From an uncultured bacterium (GTDB lineage Bacteria; GCA-001730085): a stretch of 32,000 nt of DNA. A program made the translations under genes and the position numbers. Below are positions 26,016 to 32,000 of this stretch, one piece after another. The first letter of the stretch is position 1, and each line of letters starts with the position of its first letter. Under the pieces are notes generated by a model, which was given only the letters and a program-made list of their open reading frames with translations, did not search any database and had not been told where the DNA came from. The stretch covers positions 120,001 to 152,000 of the forward strand of contig CAZMGY010000021.1 of assembly GCA_964565945.1 (NCBI GenBank), read 5' to 3'.

Positions 26016-27937
26016 TAACCTAAAAGAATCTGTTTCAACTGACTTTCGAGCCCCTTGCCAATGCTTTTTAATTCCTCTTTGGCTTGGTCAGCGGCACCCC
26101 CTTGAGACGATTGGCTTAAAAGAGCAGGAAGCAGCTGCGCGGCATGACCTAAAACATCCTTATGAACATCCACAGCTTTAGCTTTTTCCTCATGATCTTG
26201 CTGAAGAAAATCCTTCAGTTCATTTAATAAAGAGCGAAAGACAATATCTATTAAAGCCGACGGCACACTAAATTTGGGATCACGCAGATGTCCATTAAGC
26301 GTAAAAGGAACAATAAATCGATCATTATGATCTTTAAGATATTGACGTATCGACACTGTAAGGAATCCAAACACCTGTATTCCTTGTTCGAATTCTAATT
26401 GCTGGATCAATAATTTATTCTCGGCATTCACATAATCATTCACGATCTTACCTCGTGATTGCAAATCTAAAATCCCCTTAGCCACTTTCCCCTTAAGTTG
26501 TTTCGGCAAAAAAGACTCAAATCTCATTATGTCGACATCTTGAACCTCAGTAAAAAACCTAAGATTTAAAGGTTTTAACCTGGGAATCACTTCTCCTTCT
26601 ACCGACACATCACCTTGCCTAGCTAAAACAGCCGTCAACGAAAAGTGTGCATATTTATCTTGATTAAGATGAATATCTTGAGCTAATAATTTCACTTGTT
26701 CCAAATCAATCCTTTTGATATTTTCATCACTTTGATCCAAATAACGTACCGTTCCATGTTTAACATTCAGTTTCTCAATGTTTAGTTTAAGTCGATGTAG
26801 TGAGCTTGGAACCTTATCTTTTTTAAAAAATCCTTGGCGCACTTTCTTCTTAAATGTTTCTAATTCACTTTTTTGTTCAAAAGCTTCTGGTTGCTTAATA
26901 TAAGTATAAGAAAAATCATCAATATCAATACGGTCGATATGAGGAACAGCCTTTCGGACATCAAGCGGTCCCTGGATGTTGATTCCTTTCAGTATTAAAT
27001 TGTCTTGCACGCTCAGTTCAGGCACAGTAACTTGAACATAAGGTGTCCGATCGAGGTCTCTTATACGAATATGACACGTCAAATTAGGGTTCAATAAGAA
27101 GACTTGCTGCAACTTTTCTGAACCAACACTTTGTGTTGGTTTCACATTTTTGAGTCGTGCTTCGATAGCAAGTTCATTGGGGCTTGGCGTAGACGTAATA
27201 AAGTCAATCGTGCCGTCTATACGCAAAGATTCGCCCCAAAAAGGCTTCACCGACTCAATGGGAAAGTCAGTTAATATCTGTTTAATTTCCACCAATTTAA
27301 ACTTTTCGGGTGTATAAATAAATTTAGCATCGATAAACAAGGGGGTTCCCCGATCATCTCCGATAAAAGCATTCACGGTCACTCGACTTAATCGATCTGC
27401 CCATAAAATATTTTGCAACTCCATTTGATCAATAAAAACAGCTTTGTGTTCACCCGAATAAATCGTAATATCTTCAACATGAACAGACTCTACGCGAAGT
27501 TCCAAAGAAGACTCGAAAGTAGTAGCAATTTGCTCAACAGGTTTGGTGCCACTTTGTTTAACTTTATTTTTGATCTCTTGGCTCTTAAAGAAGTTCACCA
27601 ATTTAACCAAATCTTGCAAAACAATCTTCCCTTGCTTCATTTCGATTGATTTCACTTCAATCGATTTATTCAACAATGCCCGCAAAGAAATTTTTGCCTT
27701 AAAATCTTGCAAAACCACTTGTTTTATAAGAGGATCAGTCACTTCGATCGACAAATCTTTTAGAGCTAAGGTTTGAGTTAAAGGATTAATCTTCATAGCA
27801 CTAAAGTCACAAGACACACTCATTTTTTGATTAATCATCTTAAGAACATAATTTTGCAAATAACTCCGTCCAACAAACCATATCAAAACAAGCAAGGCAA
27901 AGCTCAACAAGACACTAATAATAAACCATTTTTTCAT
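26015..27937 (-). CDS. membrane-anchored protein of unknown function, AsmA-like/DUF748-like
   Basis: 640-aa ORF with a GGAGGG RBS. It has an N-terminal TM helix (MKKWFIISVLLSFALLVLIWFV), then a long beta-rich, lysine-rich region. The family assignment is from general resemblance only. Its stop overlaps the mutY ATG (TAATG). Confidence 0.5.
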   Translation of the reverse strand: MKKWFIISVLLSFALLVLIWFVGRSYLQNYVLKMINQKMSVSCDFSAMKINPLTQTLALKDLSIEVTDPLIKQVVLQDFKAKISLRALLNKSIEVKSIEMKQGKIVLQDLVKLVNFFKSQEIKNKVKQSGTKPVEQIATTFESSLELRVESVHVEDITIYSGEHKAVFIDQMELQNILWADRLSRVTVNAFIGDDRGTPLFIDAKFIYTPEKFKLVEIKQILTDFPIESVKPFWGESLRIDGTIDFITSTPSPNELAIEARLKNVKPTQSVGSEKLQQVFLLNPNLTCHIRIRDLDRTPYVQVTVPELSVQDNLILKGINIQGPLDVRKAVPHIDRIDIDDFSYTYIKQPEAFEQKSELETFKKKVRQGFFKKDKVPSSLHRLKLNIEKLNVKHGTVRYLDQSDENIKRIDLEQVKLLAQDIHLNQDKYAHFSLTAVLARQGDVSVEGEVIPRLKPLNLRFFTEVQDVDIMRFESFLPKQLKGKVAKGILDLQSRGKIVNDYVNAENKLLIQQLEFEQGIQVFGFLTVSIRQYLKDHNDRFIVPFTLNGHLRDPKFSVPSALIDIVFRSLLNELKDFLQQDHEEKAKAVDVHKDVLGHAAQLLPALLSQSSQGGAADQAKEELKSIGKGLESQLKQILLG

Positions 27938-28137
27938 AAAACCCTCCGGATACCCTATCTTAATTAGAGGCCTCTTTGTATTGCATCATCTCTTTGCAAA
28001 AAAACCTATAATATTGTGATACAGGATAGCTCATCATGCAAGCCCTAATCCAATAAGTTCACCAAACGCTTTATATAATCTTTGGAGGGCCTATGTTATA
28101 CTATCTTTTCCTTAAAATATAAAAAAGGGTGTCCGCC

Positions 28138-28953
28138 GTGCAACAATACCTAGAACTTGTTCAACATATCCTAACTCATGGAGAAAAACGTAGTGATCGA
28201 ACCCATATAGGAACATTGTCAGTATTTGGAACACAAACAAAATATGATTTAAGAGATGGATTTCCGTTGTTAACCACGAAAAAAATTTTTTTTTCAACTG
28301 TTGTGCGAGAACTCCTCTGGTTTCTTAAAGGTTCAACGAATATTCAGGATAACCTCACTCAACACACATCTATTTGGGATGCCTGGGCCGATAAAACCGG
28401 CGATCTTGGACCTATATATGGTCATCAGTGGCGCTTCTGGGAAAAGTTCACCTGGAACAAAGAACAACAAAAATATCAAAAGGAGTCAATCGATCAAATC
28501 TCTCAAGCTATCGAAATGATTAAAAGCAACCCAACCTCGCGACGCATTATTGTGAGTGCATGGAATGTCGCCGACATCGAAAAAATGGCTATTCCTCCCT
28601 GCCATTCCTTTTTTCAATTTTACGTTGTCAATGGACGATTAGATTGTCAGCTCTATCAACGCTCGGCCGATATTGCGCTTGGCTTTCCTTTTAATATTGC
28701 CAGTTATGCACTTTTGATAACAATGATAGCGCAAGAGTGTCAATTAACCCCAGGAATTTTCACCCACACCATTGGTGACGCACACATTTATCTTAACCAT
28801 ATTGAGGGGCTTAAAGAACAACTCACAAGAACGCCTCAAGCCAGGCCACAAGTTACTATTGCACCCAAGCCCTTGTTTGATATTGAGTTTGAAAATATTA
28901 CGCTTCATAACTATAGCCATGCACCCTTCATAGAGTTTCCGATTGCGGTATGA
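28138..28953 (+). CDS. thyA: thymidylate synthase (ThyA type)
   Basis: [53 protein letters not shown] (catalytic Cys) and DAHIYLNH. The track ORF starts at GTG 28129. I prefer GTG 28138 (AAAGGG 8 nt upstream, aligns with the MKQYLEL-type N-terminus). Confidence 0.93.
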   Translation: MQQYLELVQHILTHGEKRSDRTHIGTLSVFGTQTKYDLRDGFPLLTTKKIFFSTVVRELLWFLKGSTNIQDNLTQHTSIWDAWADKTGDLGPIYGHQWRFWEKFTWNKEQQKYQKESIDQISQAIEMIKSNPTSRRIIVSAWNVADIEKMAIPPCHSFFQFYVVNGRLDCQLYQRSADIALGFPFNIASYALLITMIAQECQLTPGIFTHTIGDAHIYLNHIEGLKEQLTRTPQARPQVTIAPKPLFDIEFENITLHNYSHAPFIEFPIAV

Positions 28954-29522
28954 ATACGTTTGATATCGTAGTAGCCCACGATCTGGATAAAGGCATTGGT
29001 ATCTACCAAGGTTTACCATGGCAACTTAAAAGCGATCTTGAACATTTTCGCAATTTAACAAGAACACCCTCTGGCCAACATAAGCAAAATGCCGTAATTA
29101 TAGGGCGTAAAACATGGGAATCTTTACCATCTGCCTTTCGCCCACTTCCTCAAAGATTTAACGCTATTCTTTCCCGATCGTATCACATCTTTAAGCCAAA
29201 CTGTCGAACATTTACCAGTTTTACTGAGGCAGTAGAGACTCTATCCAACAGCAACTCTATCGAGCATATTTTTGTGATCGGCGGGGCGCAACTGTATGAT
29301 GCCGCTCTTGAACACTCTGGATGCCGGAAGATTTTCGTGACCCAAATCGCTCACAAGTTTAACTGCGATACATTTTTTTCAAAGAACTACAATTATTTAA
29401 AGAACTTCAAGTTAATTGAAGAATCCGCCACATGTAAAGAAGGCGATTTATCATTCTGCTTTCAGACCTATCAGAAAAACGAATTAGCCCCAAAATTAAA
29501 AAAATCCCGATTTAGATTTTGA
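28950..29522 (+). CDS. folA: dihydrofolate reductase
   Basis: 190-aa ORF with an ATGA overlap with thy[36 protein letters not shown] and FVIGGAQLY are DHFR motifs. Confidence 0.9.
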   Translation: MNTFDIVVAHDLDKGIGIYQGLPWQLKSDLEHFRNLTRTPSGQHKQNAVIIGRKTWESLPSAFRPLPQRFNAILSRSYHIFKPNCRTFTSFTEAVETLSNSNSIEHIFVIGGAQLYDAALEHSGCRKIFVTQIAHKFNCDTFFSKNYNYLKNFKLIEESATCKEGDLSFCFQTYQKNELAPKLKKSRFRF

Positions 29523-29966
29523 TTATGCAAAGGGCTTAAAAATTATGTTAGAAAATAAAGAAAGCCCACTTGGTTTTTTAAAAGAATATAAAAATTAATG
29601 AAATTAACACAGCTAAAGAATGTGCTCAAAATGAATATTGTGATTTTCTTGTACATCAAAAACTATTCGGTGAAATGTTAATTATAGAAAGATTTTTTAA
29701 AAAGTACTCCTGGATATAAAACAACCCCATTGTTACTATATTGCTTAATAGCTCAAAAAACAAAAGCCCTATAATTAACTTTTCAATATCGGATGATTAT
29801 ACTGACCCCAAAAAAGAACTTAAGATTTTATGCAAGTCTTTAAAATGACAATAAACATATCACTGGTGCTATTAGAAAGAATTTAAAAGAGATACTCTCA
29901 TTTAAATAATTTAACTTAGGACAATAAGCAACAATAATGGAAACAGTCTATGATATCATTCCCAAC

Positions 29967-30344
29967 TTAGATCATCGAAACAGCGTCATACTGAGCATAA
30001 AGCTCCATCAATTGTGCGACCACATTTTCGAGATATTCATCGGTCACACCTGCTCCAGAATTATCAATCGCTAATTTAATTGTTGCTCCTGATTTATTAA
30101 AAATCACACCTCCTCGTTTACCAATTAAAACCAACTCATACGAGTAAGTATCGTTAAGTAGTTTTTGAATTTTACAAATAACCGCGCTGTTGTAGTTTCC
30201 ACATAAACCACGGTCTCCAGTTACAATCACTAAAAGCTCTTTGTCGTGTGTCTTCGCTAGTTTACGAAAAAAAGGATCTTTCGTTTCGTAATTACGTTCA
30301 GCGACATCTTTGACAACATCATTCATCATAAAAGCAATAGTCCG
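29967..30344 (-). pseudogene. atpG: F-type ATPase gamma-subunit fragment (roughly residues 45-170 only)
   Basis: Part of track ORF 29967..30524. [16 protein letters not shown]...[24 protein letters not shown]...[18 protein letters not shown] aligns with AtpG (compare B. subtilis FVPYMEKIQEVVANVA...[23 protein letters not shown]...IIVIGRVGLSFFRKR). The N-terminal ~45 and C-terminal ~120 residues are absent. Confidence 0.75.
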
Positions 30345-30361
30345 AAAATATCCAAAACTTA

Positions 30362-30655
30362 GGTTTCGATGATAGGAAGAGCAGTGAAAGAACCTCCACC
30401 TTTCTCTTAATTTAACTTCGCCGCAGGTTTCAATAAACGCGAGTAGGCATAAAAAACGGTCTCCCGGATAAATTTCACGCCCTGGAGGACGCCACAAAAG
30501 CAACGCTAACTGACGATATGCCACGGCATGCTTGGACCAAAATCATCATAAATAACCAAGGCCTGCTCACCTTTGTCGCGAAAATACTCGCCCATGGCCA
30601 GGCACCCCTGTAAGCCAAAATGTCCTGCATCGCAACCAGAAAATAGCGAGCTGGC
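30362..30655 (-). pseudogene. atpA: F-type ATPase alpha-subunit fragment with multiple frameshifts and stops
   Basis: Pieces in three frames of the reverse strand: [23 protein letters not shown], then [26 protein letters not shown], then [16 protein letters not shown]-stop, then [13 protein letters not shown]-stop. Together they match the AtpA segment [58 protein letters not shown]...[11 protein letters not shown]. Confidence 0.8.
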
Positions 30656-32000
30656 TTAAAGATCACGAACCACACGAAAACCATTGTAATAATAGCGAAC
30701 ATTTTGAGAGTTGTAATAGCGGTTCGAGGTTCGTAAAAGGCTAGGATAATCACCCCAATCACCACCGCGTAAAACACGACGATCCCAAGTGCCTCCCGCA
30801 ACAGGATTCACAGTAACTCCCCAATCATAATAATCATCGTGATAAACATCCTGACACCATTCCCAAACATTACCAGCCATATCATACAAACCATAAGCAT
30901 TGGGGGCATAAGACCCTACCTTTTTCAAAGTAAACGCGCCTATCCATTCTTTGCCGTAGTTAGCTAACTTAAACTGGGGTGCTTGATTCCCCCAAGGATA
31001 CTTATAATTATTCCCTCCTTTAGCGGCTTTTTCCCACTCGGCTTCTGTTGGTAAACGATAGGTGTCATAGGGTACATTTTCATACTCACACAACCAATGA
31101 CAAAAAGCAATCGCATCTTCCCACGACACATTCACAACGGGAACATCTAAAATCTCTTCGGGTACATGATCTTTGGTCCAAAGCGTATACTCACTATCAA
31201 CTCCAAAAACATTAACTGGTTCTCGATATCCAGATTCCCTCACAAAAACCTGATATTGGCGGTTGATAACCTCGTATTGCCCCATATAAAAAGAATCCAC
31301 TTGCACCTCTCGCACAGGAAGCTCGTCATCATCCCCTTCCTTAAAAGTATCTCCCATCTCAAAGCTTCCACTGGGAATAAAGTTAAATGACATGCCAAGG
31401 TTTTTCGACACAACCTGAAGTGGTTTTTGAAAACGAGAATCCAATTCCTGATTGTTCGCCTGAACATCCAACATAAGACTCGGGTCCATCCTTTCAGGAA
31501 CTTCATTAAGAGATTGGTACCATGCATAAACGCCATAACTCGCACCGCCAAAAACAGCTATCATTAAAACAAGTGACACCAAAAGGGTTAAACTTGCCTT
31601 AACTTTATCAGTGGTCGTCATATTTTCTTTCGAAAAGGAAAGAACCTTACTCTCCAATCTTTGATTACGAACCATTAAGCGTTCATTTTCTAAATCATAA
31701 AGCAATGCTGCAACCGATTGATAACGATCTTTAACCTCAGACTCTAAGGCCTTGCATAAAATTTGAGCCAATCTCTGAGATATAAACCTTTCTTTAGATA
31801 TAGGTATTTTAAAATGCCCCATAGGAACTTTATAAAAGAGCATTTCATAAAAAATAACACCCACAGAAAAAATATCGGCCCGCTCATCAACTTCCGCCGC
31901 ATCCATAGTTTGTTCTGGAGCCATATAATAGGCCGTCCCCATAGAAGACGTCGTTTTCGTGACACTTTGAACGCAACGGCTTTTGGCAATACCAAAATCC
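30656..32000 (-). CDS. Ser/Thr protein kinase - TM helix - FGE-sulfatase (SUMF1-like) domain fusion, partial (5' end beyond right edge)
   Basis: The frame is open to the window edge. DFGIAK...GTAYYMAPEQ...DIFSVGVIFYEM is a Hanks kinase C-lobe, and one TM helix follows (LTLLVSLVLMIAVFGGASYGVYAWY). The C-terminal domain has FEMGD, VSWEDAIAFCHWL, YRLPTEAEWEKAAKGG, GNVWEWCQD, LRGGDW and GFRVVR, typical of the FGE-sulfatase family. Confidence 0.88.
   Translation of the reverse strand, partial: DFGIAKSRCVQSVTKTTSSMGTAYYMAPEQTMDAAEVDERADIFSVGVIFYEMLFYKVPMGHFKIPISKERFISQRLAQILCKALESEVKDRYQSVAALLYDLENERLMVRNQRLESKVLSFSKENMTTTDKVKASLTLLVSLVLMIAVFGGASYGVYAWYQSLNEVPERMDPSLMLDVQANNQELDSRFQKPLQVVSKNLGMSFNFIPSGSFEMGDTFKEGDDDELPVREVQVDSFYMGQYEVINRQYQVFVRESGYREPVNVFGVDSEYTLWTKDHVPEEILDVPVVNVSWEDAIAFCHWLCEYENVPYDTYRLPTEAEWEKAAKGGNNYKYPWGNQAPQFKLANYGKEWIGAFTLKKVGSYAPNAYGLYDMAGNVWEWCQDVYHDDYYDWGVTVNPVAGGTWDRRVLRGGDWGDYPSLLRTSNRYYNSQNVRYYYNGFRVVRDL

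Noticed and set aside
29528-29580. Possible intrinsic terminator after folA (GGGCTT ... AAGCCC followed by a TTTTTT run)
   Set aside because: The stem is only 6 bp, the loop is about 24 nt, and the T run starts 6 nt after the stem. That is too weak to call.
29523-29966. AT-rich island as a replication origin
   Set aside because: I found no TTATCCACA-like DnaA boxes or ordered AT-rich repeats, and there is no dnaA or dnaN nearby.
30475-30801. 108-aa minus-strand ORF (MREALGIVVFYAVVIGVIILAFY...)
   Set aside because: Its 5' part is an alternative frame of the well-supported FGE-domain coding region, and its 3' part is a wrong frame of the atpA remnant. The hydrophobic look is a frame artefact.
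1-32000. CRISPR arrays, IS elements, integrases, prophage, toxin-antitoxin or known defence-system genes
   Set aside because: I saw no regularly spaced direct repeats, no transposase- or integrase-like ORFs, and no terminal inverted repeats. Every sizeable ORF has a housekeeping or envelope assignment.

Overview
This looks like a densely packed, moderately AT-rich bacterial chromosomal segment made almost entirely of core genes, with very short or overlapping gene junctions. I found no CRISPR array, transposase, integrase, toxin-antitoxin pair or recognisable defence or secretion cluster, and I do not claim a novel multi-gene system.

Minus strand, positions 1-16092:
- ssb (partial), rpsF, pth, rplY, prs and a short glmU-like gene.
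- tRNA-Gln, spoVG, ispE, a small basic ORF missing from the ORF track, hisG and tRNA-Val.
- acnA, a GT4 glycosyltransferase, sdhB-sdhA-sdhC (single cytochrome b, type B layout) and a GT2/GT4 fusion glycosyltransferase.
- The order ispE-spoVG-glmU-prs-ctc-pth matches the Bacillus-type arrangement.

Plus strand, 16270-23123:
- An Rrf2-family regulator, sufB, sufC, sufD, sufS, sufU, an Nfu-type protein, then queF.

Minus strand, 23120-27937:
- A translationally overlapped set: AsmA/DUF748-like protein, mutY, crcB and a secreted TPR protein.

Right end of the window:
- thyA-folA on the plus strand.
- A 444-bp ORF-free, AT-rich stretch.
- Decayed fragments of F-type ATPase alpha and gamma genes.
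- The 3' part of a Ser/Thr kinase-TM-FGE-sulfatase fusion gene that runs off the right edge.

The points most worth a second look are local:
1. SpoVG carries a roughly 34-aa Cys-rich zinc-ribbon-like insertion, and its canonical N-terminus sits in a different frame (1-nt indel in a T run).
2. The GlmU homologue lacks most of its acetyltransferase beta-helix.
3. The atpA and atpG remnants are fused by an internal deletion.
4. crcB contains an in-frame G10 homopolymer.
5. tRNA-Val has C instead of the near-universal U at position 33.

All calls come from reading translations and motifs by eye. No database search was run.
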